From Felis catus (lineage: Eukaryota), in the NCBI RefSeq assembly GCF_018350175.1, contig NC_058384.1:62868001-62932000 (forward strand): DNA of 64,000 nucleotides. Reading direction: 5' to 3'. Below the pieces are notes generated by a model. That model was not told the origin of the DNA and searched no databases. It saw nothing but the letters and a program-made list of their open reading frames with translations. Positions 1 to 13,301 of this stretch are shown here, piece after piece; positions within the stretch are counted from its first letter, which is position 1, and each line of letters begins with the position of its first letter. The position numbers were made by a program, and so were the translations under genes.

Positions 1-1299
1 TCATTCCCACAACCATGAAAAAGAGCATTGTTTTTTTGACAGTTTCAACAAATACAACTTAATAAAAAAACGCTGAATTGGGAAGATCAAGGCAGTGAAA
101 AAGTGGTTTGTTGTTGTTTTTTTTAACGTTTTATTTGAGAGAGAGCATGCACCAGCAGGGGAGGGGCAGAGAGAGAGAAAGAATCGCAAGCAGGCTCTGT
201 TCTGGAAGCTCAATGCGGGGCTCAAACTCACGAACCGTGAGATCATGACCTGAGCCGAAATCAAGAGCCAGACACTTAACCGACTGAGCCACCCAGGCGC
301 CCTGAAAAAGTTATTTTAATAGGCTAACGAACTGCTCAGATAAACAGGGACAAACATGCTAATTTTCTTCCCAAATCTGCTGTCCCCGACCTGAGGTTTC
401 TGCAGGGGAGAGGAATTGGCTGGAAGTAAAATTGGTGAACAGCCAACTGGAGCTCCCAACATCTGCTACACGTTTTCCATTTAGGTGGTAGATGCTTCTG
501 CAAACAAAGAGCCCAAAACAGGCTGCATCCTGGATGACCAACCCAGCCACCTCCGACACCCATTCTCTCCAAAAAGTTATGCAATGCCATTTGACCAATC
601 GCTTAGCCTACCTTCGAAATGTACAAAATTTCAAGTAGCTCCTATGTCAATGCAGAGCACACAGACAAATTCCTTCACGGTGATCAGAAGGCAGCTTCGT
701 TTTTGTTCAGTCTCTGCTCTGTGTACCAGAGTCGGAAAGCAACGGGCTGGAATGTCTTCCAGACGCTGCTAGAAGGTGCCCGAAATGCCACAAGAGAATG
801 CACACACACCCTTTCGGGGCCCAAAGCAACTGATCAAGGAAATTATGCTGAAATCCCACGTTTGTTCTTAAAAATTCAAGTCAACCTTCTTACATACCAC
901 AATAAATTGCTTTACCTTTTTAGTGTTTTTGAGTCAATTAACAGCTAATTATCAGACATTTCCCCTAAAATCTGAATTAAAAAGATACGTCAGCATTCTC
1001 TCTCACTCCCCAGCGGACCCCACACACCCTCAAGGGCACCTGCACCTCGTTTCAGGAGCAGCGGGGCAGCGGAAGAGTGGGGGGGATAGTGTCCCTCCAG
1101 CCACCACATCGATTTAATCCTTGGCCTTTAATCCAGATGAACCACCCGACTCAGAACGGCTTCCCTGGAGAGTGGAGGGAGAGGGGTCTGCGGTTGGCGG
1201 TGGGCGCAGCCTCCCACCTTGGTACCCCCAGCACATCTAAAAGGGCACCAGCTAAGATGCTCGAGTTGACCCCCCCCAGCCCCACCTCCGGCCACTCAC
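1..1299 (-). other. NOS1AP: NOS1AP intron 2 (start)
   Basis: Begins with donor GTGAGT at 1299-1294 on the minus strand. Confidence 0.9.
105..302 (-). mobile_element. Can-SINE (felid SINEC type)
   Basis: Reverse-complement tRNA-derived head (...gagccacccaggcgccc), (GA)n, T-rich tail; TSD tgaaaaagt. Confidence 0.92.
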
Positions 1300-1371
1300 C
1301 CGTATCCGGCGCATGGCCGCCACGATCTCCACTCTGCTATTGGGCCTCGGCACATCCAGGCTTCCGACGTA
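1300..1371 (-). CDS. NOS1AP: NOS1AP (CAPON) internal coding exon (exon 2), start of PTB domain
   Basis: Minus strand reads gcttgcttcctccccgcAG|TACGTCGGAAGC...CGGATACGG|GTGAGT. It is 72 nt, phase 0/0, and translates to [24 protein letters not shown], matching the remembered NOS1AP sequence ...[32 protein letters not shown]... Confidence 0.96.
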
Positions 1372-2215
1372 CTGCGGGGAGGAAGCAAGCACTCATTGAG
1401 AAGAGGGACAGCAAGGGACCCCGGTCACAGAATGTTAGCGGAGGGAAGGAGATCCAGTTAAGCTCCCTATTTTGTGGAGGAGGAAACCGAGAGCCAAAGG
1501 GGTGTCTCGTTCGGGGCCTACTTCTAACTTTATAAAAATCAACGCAAGAAACCAATGCTTCCTTTGTCATGCTGCTCCTCATCAGAAATGAGGCCGGGCA
1601 TGGTGTTCAAGCAGGTTCCTGAATCGGAAAGACTTGGGTGGGATGAACCTCCGAACCGCTATCTTTGGGGGGAGGCGCTTGGCCTTTGTCTCAATTTCCT
1701 CACCTGTAAAATGGGGTTCCAGTAAAGATCAAATGCGAGGAGGTAGAAAATGTCTTACACAGATATGCTTTGCTTATATCAAAGCAGAACCCCCCCTTCA
1801 AAAAAAAAGGAATATGTGCTTTATTCAATTAACGGCACTTCATTGAGTTAGCCCTCGATGTTATAGGGACCTCACACACTTGATTAAGTTCCTAACTGGA
1901 GGACAGGAACACGCTAATTATGTTTTATTTAAAATTTGAATCTTCGAAAAAAGAAAAAAGAAAACTTAATCTTCTGAAACGTTTCAAAACACAAAATGAC
2001 ATCCAGGTTAATGTTTAATACATGGATACTTCCTCACGGTATACTATTCTAATAATGTAGAAATATGCTGAGCAAAATAACCACCCCCAGCCCATTGATA
2101 GTCTGACATAGTCTTTTTATATGCTGATGGACACATATTCGTGGACACAAAGGAATTTATTTTACGTAAAAAGGTTCGCTCTTCGCACTGTCCTACAACT
2201 TGATTTCTTTTTAAC

Positions 2216-2413
2216 TTTTTTTTTAACTTTATTTTTATTTATTGGGGGGGGGCAAGCAGAGGAGGGGTGGAGAGAGAGGGAGACGATCCCAAGCAGGCTC
2301 CGCGCTATCGGCACAGAGCCTGACGCGGGGCTCGAACTCACACACTGTAAGATCGTGACCTGAGCCAAAGTCAAGAGTCGGACACTTAACCAACTGAGCC
2401 ACCCAGGCGCCCC
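2216..2413 (-). mobile_element. Can-SINE
   Basis: Reverse-complement head, T-rich tail, TSD-like ctttttaac. Confidence 0.92.
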
Positions 2414-4559
2414 TACTTTTTAACATTAAACACAACTTGGACGTTTTTCTCTGCCAACGCGTACAAGTCAGTCACGTTACGCGTGGTGGCCACCAACCCT
2501 ACACATGTCACTATTAACAACACTGCTTCCATTACGCCCTCATCTATATACCTCCGAGCTCATCCAGAGCTCTGTAGGCGGGGCTTCTACAAGCAGGACT
2601 GCTGGACCAAAAGTACAGAAAGATCTTGAGATCATTCCTAAGTAGGATGAAACAAGAAAAGCGGGGGGACGTTTTTAAGCACATGTATTGGTTCCTTCAC
2701 ATACACCATCCCATTCCATACTGATATTGGGGTACGCCTTTCCTTTTTTCATTCAAATTATATAAAATAGCCTGGGGGATATCCTAGAAATCAACAGCTT
2801 CTAAATAACTTATAAGTCTGCCTGGGCAAAAATGGCATTAAAAGAAGAGGGTAGTCATCCCTGTAAGAAATGCGGTTCCTGTGGTTATATAGGAATAGAA
2901 GGTTCTTGCTGAAATTTTAGAGTGAAGGCTAGCCCCAGGAAGCAAGGTTCCAAGAGCTAAAAACTGCCAAAGGTTTCCCCTAGGATTGATCCAGTTTGTG
3001 CTAATCCCCTGAGGAGCACAGTCCCAGCAGCCAGTGGTGAGTTGTGAGCCCATTGCATTGTGGGCCCAAGGCGGACAGCCCCACCACGTGGGCGGGAAGC
3101 CATGTACCTGCTGATAAAGCGTCTGGCAACCCACTTGGGTGAATGAGGCCCCCTAGATCTAAGAGTGTGGTCAGACTTAAATATGGATGGCGCTTCTCCC
3201 CCCTCCGAGCGCTGCTGGGACCCCACAGCATCAGGCAACGTGTCCGTGACCTCCACGGCCCAGAGCGGCAGCCCGGGCTTGTGACCACCCGTCTTCGCAG
3301 AGCCCCCAGCCAGGGGCAGTTTCCCCCTCCCTGTCCCAGACCCTGCGGGCCCGAGGGTTCCTTCCCTGAACTCCAAGCAGTCAGACCTCCAGGGGCTCGT
3401 GTTCCCTCAGCCGTCACGTGAGAGCCAGGACCTCGAGACCGAGCAAGGCCACTCGTTACAGGTGAGCCCGGGGACCCGGCCCGTCTTCCCACGCTGATCC
3501 CTGCCACACCAGGAGGGCACGCTGCCTGGTGAGATCCACACCTGCGCGTGAACACGAATGCCCAGAGGGGACCGGTCCCCACGTGCCTCCTTCGCTCCAT
3601 CAGCCACCACCCGTGCACACACCACACACCTTCACACACGTACGGCGCACGCGTGCTCACACCCACGTGGTCATCGCGCATACTAGCCTCCGACACTCAA
3701 TTCACACCATGCACGCACTCACTGGTCTGCCTTCCTTCCCAGTCCCACAAAGTCACAAATCCGCCCTCCTGACAATCTGTCCGGAGGAGGGAACCTACGA
3801 GAGGTGTAGCTCAGGGTCAAATTCCCCACTACAGATGTCCCTTAGGGTCAAAGAGATGAAAAGGACACGCGAGGTAGGGTTCAAGTCCACATCTAGGCAA
3901 CACCTAGATATTCACACCAAGAACATGAGGCAAAAAGCAGAACCGCAACGCCAAGGAAGCCGGAGAGCGGTCAGGTCAGGGAGCCCATTCCTTGGGGCAA
4001 CACCCGACGGCCAAGCGAATACGATGTCCCAGTCTGGCCTCGCAACAACCCGTCTCAGGCACGAACATCACCCCCTCCCCAACGAACTTCAGTCCGAGCA
4101 TCTTGAGATGGAGAAAGTGTAAGACACGGTCTGAGACCAGTCCCTCCCCCCCTGCTGGAGGCGGGTCCTCACATCCGCTCAACTTGCGCTCAACTGCAGT
4201 CAAGTTGGCCCTCATATCCGTGTAAACGGAAGAGAGCCTTCCCACTCACCTTCGGGAAGTCGGCTCCCAGGCCTGAACCTCATGCACCTGCTGAGCTAAC
4301 AACCTTTGAAGATCCTCGCTTCCATCACCTCCTGCAGGGATCAGGCAAAATCTACTCCCTGCCTTCAGTCAAAGGCTGACGCACAGTGACGGGTTCTCGG
4401 TCAGAAAGGGCATCCCCTTTATCTGCCTCTCCTGCAGGACTCTGGGTGCCACAGGCTCATTTCCAGAAGGGAAACGTGCCCCAAACGCCAGGCTCACCTC
4501 AGTTTCTTCATCTTGACGAACAGCCTCCAGAACGTCTACCAGTCGTTCAAGCCTGAGAT

Positions 4560-5200
4560 CTGGGAGTCATCCCCGAACGAGCTTCTGCCTTGGCCACCAC
4601 AGCCAGTCGGCACGGCCGACCAGGGACCTGCTGGGTCCCTCTCCTCCCACACTCACCACCTCATCCCCCAAAACCCTTCCCTCCATCTACACAGTGGCTC
4701 CTCACAGGTTTCTCCACTGTCCCCAGGGCCCCTCCAAACCACTCCCCACAAGGCCATCACAGCGCTCACTCTCAGATGCAAACTAGACCGTATTCCTCCC
4801 TTAAGACCCTCGGGTGCACCGCCAACTCTGAAGGTGACCGTCAAAGCCCTCGGTGGGGCTTACACTGCCCATGGGCCCGCACGGCACAGCTCCCTCTCAC
4901 ACCACAGGCCTCTCCGTCGTTGGGAAGGGCCCGCAACACATCCTACACCCAAGAGCTTCTACACGTGGGCCTTCCCTGTGCACCTATCTACCCTCCCTCT
5001 CCAGCCCTCCAACATCCATGGGCCCTGCAGACCTCTGCTCACCTCTACTTCCCTCTGCTGACCGCCAGGGAAGGCGGCCCCCTCCGGAACACTCCCGCGA
5101 TCCACCCCCCCCCCCCAGTTCTCTTGCAGAACATCGACACGCGGCTCCATAAGGGACTCCCTCCTCACGGGTTAACCGCGCCTACCTGGCTGGAATCCTC
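4560..5200 (+). mobile_element. L2 relic (approximate)
   Basis: Pyrimidine-rich, degenerate L2-like 3' sequence. Confidence 0.45.
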
Positions 5201-5455
5201 CAAGAATGAGCATATTCGCACCCGCCCCGTGCACTCCCCACGGACAATCACCACACTGAGGAGGGACGGGAGAGGCCTGAGCCCTGGATCCTGACCTGTG
5301 TTCCGACATCACAGGCATCAGCCATCCCACCCTGGACAGTCCCTGTGGTGATTCTATCTAGTTACCTATTTTGTGCCGGTACCTGAACTGGACCTAAGCC
5401 AGATGCTCTCAGAGTAGCACATGCAATTCTTGGCTTGCCAAGAGATGAAGTACGT

Positions 5456-5699
5456 GGGGTGCCCGGGGGGCTCAGCCGGCTAAGCATCCGACTCTTGATC
5501 TCCGCTCAGGTCACGATCTCGCGGTTTGTGGGTTCGAGCCCCGCGTCAGGCTCTGCACTGACAGCGTGGAGCCTGCTTGGGATTCTCTCTCTCCCTTTCC
5601 CTCTGCTCCTCCCCCACTCCCCCTTCCCTCAAAATAAATAAATAAAACTTAAAAAAAAAAACTGATGCCAAATAGAAAAATTAAAAAAAAAAAAAAAAA
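5456..5699 (+). mobile_element. Can-SINE
   Basis: ggggtgcccggggggctcag head, (CT)-rich tract, aataaa plus polyA; TSD agatgaagtac. Confidence 0.93.
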
Positions 5700-6350
5700 G
5701 GAAGATGAAGTACATCCCACCTTTGCATTGGTGGATTTTTAGTCACCTGGCATTCTGCTGGACTTCTGCCCGCCTTCCAGAAATCCCTGCGGTGAGGCAT
5801 CTCCTAGGGCTCCTATTCAGAAGAACACCTACCACAGAGCTTAAGGGGAGAATAACGGCGTTTTAAAATATCCAGGCCTACTTCTTTTTCATTAGCACAA
5901 GAAAAAAAAACTAGAAGGAAGATTCAAATTGCAGCGGTACTCAAGATACAAATGACCTGTGTCCAATTTATCTGCGGCTTCATCTCCCAGATAAGGAGGA
6001 GTTCGCTGCAAATGAGGTTAATCAGACAGACTTCAGGTATTTTTTTTTCTTTTGAAGCTTCTGGACAACCTCAGCGTCGTGCTAGATTAATACCTCCTGA
6101 AATCACTTTCATTTTCTTGCTTCCGCTTCCCAGAGATGAACTCCTGGAGACACTGATAAACTGCACCGTGGCCATGTCTCCCGGTGATGTGCATGAATCA
6201 CAAGGCTAAAAGGCAGCAAGACTTAACAGTCACCCATGGAACTTGCTAGACTTTCTGCCATCACGTTCCTCAGGAACTCCCCTTATTTACAAGGTTTCCG
6301 TCAACTGTTTCCAGAGACCAACCCCCCCCCACCCAAAAAAAAAGGAGAAA

Positions 6351-6366
6351 GACAGACAGACAGAAC

Positions 6367-6422
<56 letters not shown>
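6351..6422. repeat. Compound microsatellite (GACA)3...(GATA)14
   Basis: Read directly; GATA array at 6367-6422. Confidence 0.97.
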
Positions 6423-6577
6423 TAGGAGTCAAAAATATTTATAAAAATAAAAAAATGTATCAGATGATTCTGCTTCTGATAATGTTGGAGGAACTATATC
6501 ACCGGACTAGGCCTCCAACAAGCAATAAATAGGAAGTCTGGAAAAGATTATTTAAAAAAAAACAACTTTGCAGAGAA

Positions 6578-6795
6578 TGTACAAAGAGTGAACCGTAATA
6601 TAAACTGGGACATTAGTTAACAACAACGAATCAATATCGGCTCAGTCATAACAAACGCACCACCCGATGCAAGGTGCTAACAGGGGAAGCTATGTGTGTA
6701 TGGGGACGGCCGGGGGTGGGGGGTGGGGAACAGTAGGGGTATATGGGAATTCTGTCCTTGCCACCCAATTTTTCTGTAACCCTAAAACATCAAGT
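6578..6795 (+). mobile_element. L1MC-like 3' UTR fragment
   Basis: agagtgaaccgtaatataaact...gggtatatgggaattctgt...caatttttctgtaaccctaaaac resembles the L1MC 3' end. Confidence 0.7.
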
Positions 6796-9700
6796 CTGTT
6801 GGTTGAAATAATAAAAATAACTTTGAAGGCACTGGACAAGAACAGGCAGGGCTTAGCAGGGAATCGTCCCTGAAAGAAGGCCACTGCCCTCAGTGACGCT
6901 TGGTTTGTGCTGTCTCCCACCCAGTGGTACAAAGTGCAAACACGGGGCCAGGGAGCTGGAGGTCAGGCCCAGAGACCCAGTCAGACAGCCTGGGGGGTCC
7001 GGACACCAGAGTTGCAATAGCCTGAGGAACCGGACGGTGGGGGGCAGAAATCCCCAGCAGAAGGGGGTCGTAGAGGGGGCTCCCAAATCGTGTCAACCCC
7101 ACCCAGGCCCGTAGACGACTTCCAAACTATACGTTTGCGAAGCAGATTCCAAGGAGCCCAGGAGAAGGGGGCAAGGGCCCACCCCAGGAGCGGCAGATTG
7201 AGGATTTAAGACCAGCCACGTTAACCATCATGAAGAACAAAATTCAACACTCTTCAGAAGAGAACAGCACAATGTTGTGTCACAGGGCTGTTAAAACCCT
7301 ACTGACTGACCAGCGCAGGCAAGGCCATGGGCAAAGGCCACAGGGCCATGTTTTCCTGGCGCAAAAGGACAAGGGCCCCCATAAAGGGGCACCATGTAAA
7401 GGTCCCTAGACTCTGCCTTCCCGGCGCTCCTCTTCTCTCTGAAGACCACTCGGACAGCCCCAGCCCACAGCAAAGACCATGTGGGATTCGGGAGGAAGCC
7501 CCTCCTGTCCCAGAAAAGGACAAAGGACCCGCGTAAGGCGGGTCCAAACCCCCCTGCCTGCATCTGTGCTAACTCACTCCTTCCAGGTCCAGACCCAGCC
7601 TGGCTTCTATTCCGCCACCCTGCCCACCCCTTCTCGTATCCCCCACCAGTCTCCTGGCCACACTGTGTCCTCTCCTCAGACACACGCACGAGCAGTGCCA
7701 TATTCTGCTGGAATCCAGCCATCCCCAGTGGGGGGCCCATCTCAACTAGTCCCTTAACCAATCCTGCCCCAATTACCTTCTAAAAACTCAGAGTCGTAGA
7801 GGCAGAGGGTGTCAAATCCAAAAGGGACCTTAGGAGTCACGTCCTAGGAGGACGTGACCAAACAGCAGTCAGAGAGGCTGGGTATCCTGCCAACGCCTCC
7901 TACACGTCCACCATCACGACCCACCTACGTTGTCCTTTTTCCCATCACCCTCTGGTTTCCGTCCCAGCACTTCCCACGGTCTGCAGGTGTGAGGTGCGCC
8001 TCCTTCACGGGGTCCCCCTCTGCCTTCCCCGGGACCTTGCCCTCCCCGCGTCCGCATCCCCAGCCCTTGGAAGAGGGCCTGGGAGACAAAGGCCCGAGCA
8101 TCTGCGGAATGAATGAGGGGGCCACCTGTCCGAGACCCAGTGTACGGCAGCAATGGGCCAAGAAGCCCACTCTCCCGCCACCGCTCCAACGGGAAAGGTT
8201 CTCCCAAGCCTCAGAGACTGCCCTTGGTGCACAGCTGAGCGTCCTGCTGAGCGGGATTATGAATGTGACCTGGGTGAAAGTTCTCGCCTCATTTAGCATC
8301 GAACAAAGCAGCATTAACTGCAGGCAGCAGCGGCCCCAGATTCCAGGGCACACACTCAGCCAATGACCTTCCCCCCCACCCCCCCCAGATGCTCTGGGGG
8401 AGGGGAAGGAAAACGTGGCCTCGGGGCGGCACACTCCCCCTTTCTGAGGCCGGTTCTGTGTTCTCTGTGTTCTCCAGGTGCCGAGGTGTGCGGGCGGGGG
8501 CAGGGGGGACTTGGAAGGACCCGTATGGACATTTAGCAGCTCAGGGCAGGTTACCCGCACCCCTCCTCGCCCTATACACTCACACCACCAGAAAAGCTTC
8601 CAAGATGCTTGAAATGCAGCTGCATTTATTTGTAGTCTAAGAGGAAAGAGGCATTTATATTTCTTCCCCTCTCTCCCAGCCCATCCAAAAAAGGAAGTAC
8701 TATTTGAGGGCCATCTGATGGGACTGTGTCACTATTGATCAGGGGCTCAGCGGGGGCCGATGAATGTGCCGGAGATCACAGCAGAATCCTTCCTGCTCAA
8801 CATGAAGGGGCTGGGTGCAAAAGAATTGTGGTGAGTCGTCTTTATGCTAATGCCATGCGACTCTCTACAAGGGACAGAGGGTAGGACTGAACCATCCAGC
8901 ACACCCGCCCGTGGAGAACATGGGTTCTGTGGGTTCTTTTAGTCCATTAGCAAAAGCTCAGATGGGTTGGCCTGATTATTTCTCTTTATTATGAGGATCT
9001 GAGAGATCTAGCAAAGGGGAGAGAAAAAGCAGGAAGGCAGAAAAAAAAAAAAAAAACGTTCTGGTCTTTCAACTATCAGTTCCCGAATGAAAGCCTGAGC
9101 TCTGGCTCGCATCACAGAGGCAGGCGTGTGGGAGAGGCCAGGGAGGCACTTTCTGCCCTGCCCATCTGGGAGGCTTACTTGCCCAGTGGGTTACTTCTCC
9201 TCTGGGGGGGCGGACAAGGGGAAACAGGCAAAGAGAAAAACACTGACCAAGGCTACGTGGTACTTAAGTCGTCACCTGTACATCAACCGGGTAAACCAGC
9301 GCTGGAGAGATGGACAAAGAACACCACCAAATCAGAGGGAAGGCAGACCGCAATGACCGGGCGTTAAGTGGCCACAACGGTCATTTGATCCAAATCTTCA
9401 TTTTACAGAGGGCCAAACGGAGGCTCAGAGAGAACCGAATCACAGCGGGGGGATCAGAACCAAAGTGGGTCTTCCCTACCCCACACCGCCAGCCTGATAC
9501 AGCAGCAATGAGGGCGAACCCGGGCCGATGCCCCACTCAGGGCTGCTTCACTACATTAACCTTGGATGGAGGTGGATGAGAGGGCCTGTGCACCAGCACC
9601 TGAACGGTCGTCAGCTCTAAAACAAACCAGTCGACAGAGGCAGGGCACCAAGATCTGCAGTAAAAGGACAAGGGCTCACTCTCTGATTCATCAAAAGATT

Positions 9701-11438
9701 TAGGGGATGGAACTGTAGAAAAAGAGAAGACCCCCCCCCCCGCCCCCCAGGGGTCCCCTAATTCTTCACATCAAGAACAAAGGCATTTGCCTTGGGGCAG
9801 CAACATTCTCTACCAGCCGAACTCTAAGTACTTAACCTCTCCAAGCCTCAGTTTCCTCCCTGGAATACAGCTAGTATCTGGACTGCCTCAAGGTCAGGGT
9901 TGTCCTAGAATCCAAATTAGATAATGCAGATAAAAGTTCCAGAGCTTCTAAAATACCACAGAATCATAAAGAGGATATTCCTTGTATCATTATGTTCCTG
10001 CTTTATGGGCCAACCAGACCTTGAGGATACAGAATTTGTAGCTTTACAATAATCGCCTCTTGGATTCTCACAGACTAATGAATGGACAAAGCAAGGTGAT
10101 CCAAACTGCCATGGGGTCAGTGGAAGGCGGAGTCGAGAATTCAGTCCAATGGTCAAGCAGCTGTGAGGAGGGAAGGGGTGAACCCTGGAGCAGAGAGTGT
10201 GCCCGGGCCGCAAGGACCAGCCCACACCAGTAATGGCCATCACACTGCTCACAGAGACTCACGGGGGGGTGCAGTTGGGGTGAACACCCTGCCACTTTTC
10301 CTTCCTGACTGCATGAGCTGTGACCAGGAACAGCACCTCCCCGGCCAAGAGCTGGGGGTGCAGGATCATTAACCCAGTCACTTATCAGTATCACCGAATG
10401 AAACCCCACAACCAAGTAATATTTCCAGATCACTGGCTGGTACCCCATTAAAATACCCAACTCTTCTCTACGTTGGACTGTTTTGAGTAGGACCTCCCTA
10501 CAATGCATCATACTCTGCCCTAACAAATGAGATTCTGTAAACGAGCACTCAATGCATTTCTTCAGGATTCAAAATATATAAACATTATACATGTCATTTA
10601 GTGTACAAGCTCTAAAGCAATGAGAAATGGCTCCAGACTACTATTATGCCTTCTGAGTCCTTGAGGCTGATTTTAGAATTTAGTGCTTCCTACACTGTTA
10701 GTGGCAAGGATGATAACAACAGGCTATAAATATGCTTCTGCCTTTAACAATAACTGCCCCCAATCTTCAAAAAAGTACTAGCAATACAAATCCAGCAACT
10801 TATAAAATGGATTATACACAGTGCCCAAGTGTGATTTATCCCAAGAATGTAAGGTTGGTTGAACATAGAACAGTTAATAGACCACTTAATAAAATAAAGA
10901 TCAAAGACCATTTGATCAACGCAATTGACAAGAGGTATTTGATAAAATCCAACACCCTTTCATGATGAAAATACTCAACCAACTATGAATGGTAGGAAAC
11001 TTCTTCCATCTAATAAAGGGTGATAAACCAACAAATGAACCCACAGCTACTATCCTACTAAATGGTGAAAGGCTGAATGTTTTTCCCCTAAGATCAGGAC
11101 CATGTCAAGGAGGTCTGCCCTCATCACTTCTATTCAACACGGATCTGGAAGTCCTAGCCAGGCAATTTGGCAAGAAAAGTAATAAAAGGCATCCAAGTTG
11201 GAAAAGCAGCCGCCAAACTATCTCTATTCATAGATGACATGATCTTGTATATAAAACATCCCAAGGAATACACACACACTATCAAAATCAATGAATGAGT
11301 TAAAAATGAAATTAGGAAAACAACTCCATTTACAATAGCATCCAAAGAAATACTTAGTAATTAATTTAACAAAAGAAGCATAAGACATGTACCTTGAAGA
11401 CTACAAAACAATACTGCAAAATTCAAAAAGACCTAAAT

Positions 11439-11580
11439 NNNNNNNNNNNNNNNNNNNNNNNNNNNNNNNNNNNNNNNNNNNNNNNNNNNNNNNNNNNNNN
11501 NNNNNNNNNNNNNNNNNNNNNNNNNNNNNNNNNNNNNNNNNNNNNNNNNNNNNNNNNNNNNNNNNNNNNNNNNNNNNNNN
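11439..11580. other. Assembly gap (N run)
   Basis: Ns. Confidence 1.
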
Positions 11581-12390
11581 TGTTTATAAACTGGCACTTC
11601 CACTATCAAACATGTGGGTTTTCCACACCAAGTAATTCTCCAGTTCTCTGCAAACACCAACTGGGTATCCTACAATTTAATTCAATTCTGACGCTCACTA
11701 CCCAGAGTTTGCACATACCCGACCTGTTAAGAGCTCAACTCCACAAAACTGCCCCCCACTTCAGAGGCTGGTCAAAAATCCCGAGCCTCCCATACTTCTG
11801 ACCAACCACCCATAACTCAGGGATTCCCATGATCCCCTCACAGGTTCCATAATTTGCCTTTATCAGCTCACAGAACTCAGGGAAACATTTTACTTACTAT
11901 GACCAAATTATTACAAAGGATGCAAATGAACAGCCAGATAAAGAAGTACACAGGTATGTGGGAAGGGACACAGAGCTCCAGTGAGACTCTCCAGGAAGGC
12001 CACCCAACACCTCAAGGTGCTCACCAACTTAGAAGCTCTCCAAATCCACTGTTTAGGGTTTTTATGGAGGTTCCACCACACAGGCATAAGTCACTGGTCA
12101 CTGAGACTGAATTCAGTCTCCAGTCCCTCTGCCTTCCTGTAAGGTTCAAAGTTCCAACCTTCCAGTTACATGGTTGGTGTCTCTCTCACAACCATCCCCC
12201 ATGCTGAAGTTACTAGGGACCCACCAAGAGTCACCTCAAGATCAGCTCAAGATAAGGTACAAAGAGGCTTCTTATGAAAAACAAAAGATGTTCCGCTCAC
12301 TCTTATCATTCAGGAAATTCTAAGGGTTTTTAAGGAACTCTGTGCCAGGAACTAGAGACCAAATACATATTGATTGCATTACAGTATCAC
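11581..12390 (-). mobile_element. MER21-like LTR inserted in the L1
   Basis: Reverse complement begins TGTGATAC...tatttggtctct..gttcctggcacagag..ttccttaaaaacccttagaatttcc, like the MER21 5' end; L1 ORF2 resumes at 12391. Confidence 0.78.
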
Positions 12391-12935
12391 AAAATCCCAT
12401 TGGTCTTTCTTGCAGAAATTGACAAGTCCATCCTAAAATTCATGTGGAAATCCAAGGGACCCAGAATAGCCAAAACAATCTTGGAAAAGAAGGTCGTAGG
12501 ACTCAGACTTCTCAATTTCAAAAAGCACTACATAGCTACAGCCATCAATATAGTGTGGTACTGGCATAAAGCTAGACATATAAATCAATGGAGTAAAATT
12601 GAGAGTCCAGAAATAAATCCTTGAATTTATGGCCAACTGATTGCTGACAAGCATGCCAAGACAATTCATTGGAGAAAAAGTGGTCTTTTCAACAGTGGTG
12701 CTGGGACAACTAAATATCCACATGCAAAAGAATGAACTCGGGACACCTGCTACACATTATTATGTAAAATTAACTCAAAATGTATCATACATCTAAGAGT
12801 TAAAACTATAAAATTCTTAGAACATAGTAAATCTTCATGACCTTAGATCAGGCAATGGTTTCTTAGGATAAACAAAAGCACAAACAGGAGGAAAATAAAT
12901 TGGACTTAATCAAAATTAACAACACTTTCACTTCA

Positions 12936-13143
12936 GGGCGCCTGGGTGGCCCGGCCGGTTGAGCATCCAACTCTTGATGTTGGCTCAGGTCACGATCCCA
13001 GCATTGAGGGATCAAGCCCCACGTTGGGATCTGTGCTGAGTGTGGAGCCTACTTCGGATTCTCTCTCTCCCCCTCTGCCCCTCTCCCCCACTCACACCCT
13101 GCTGGATAGGTAGGTAGGTAGGTAGGTAGGTAGATAGATAAAA
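12936..13143 (+). mobile_element. Can-SINE with (TAGG)n/(TAGA)n tail
   Basis: gggcgcctgggtggc head; tail is a tetranucleotide repeat at 13106-13140. Confidence 0.9.
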
Positions 13144-13301
13144 CACTTGTGCTTCAAAGGATATCAAGAAAGTCAAGGGACAACTCATGCAATGGGAAAA
13201 ATATTTATAAGTCATATCTGATAAGGGACTTTCATCCAGAATATAACTCTTACAAGTCAACAATAAACGACAAACAATCTACACAAACAATGAGCAAAGA
13301 A

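Noticed and set aside
3001-5294. Long ORFs of 180-234 aa
   Set aside because: They overlap on both strands in GC-rich DNA, have biased low-information composition and show no recognisable homology; chance ORFs
105-5699. Opposite-orientation SINEs flanking exon 2 as circRNA drivers
   Set aside because: A single 72-nt exon is unusually short for back-splicing, and inverted SINE pairs are ubiquitous here
11394-11801. ORFs spanning N runs (also at 42.3-42.8 kb and 58.4-58.9 kb)
   Set aside because: Artefacts of assembly gaps
10989-12624. Reverse-transcriptase-like ORFs
   Set aside because: Fragments of a dead L1 ORF2, not an active or domesticated RT
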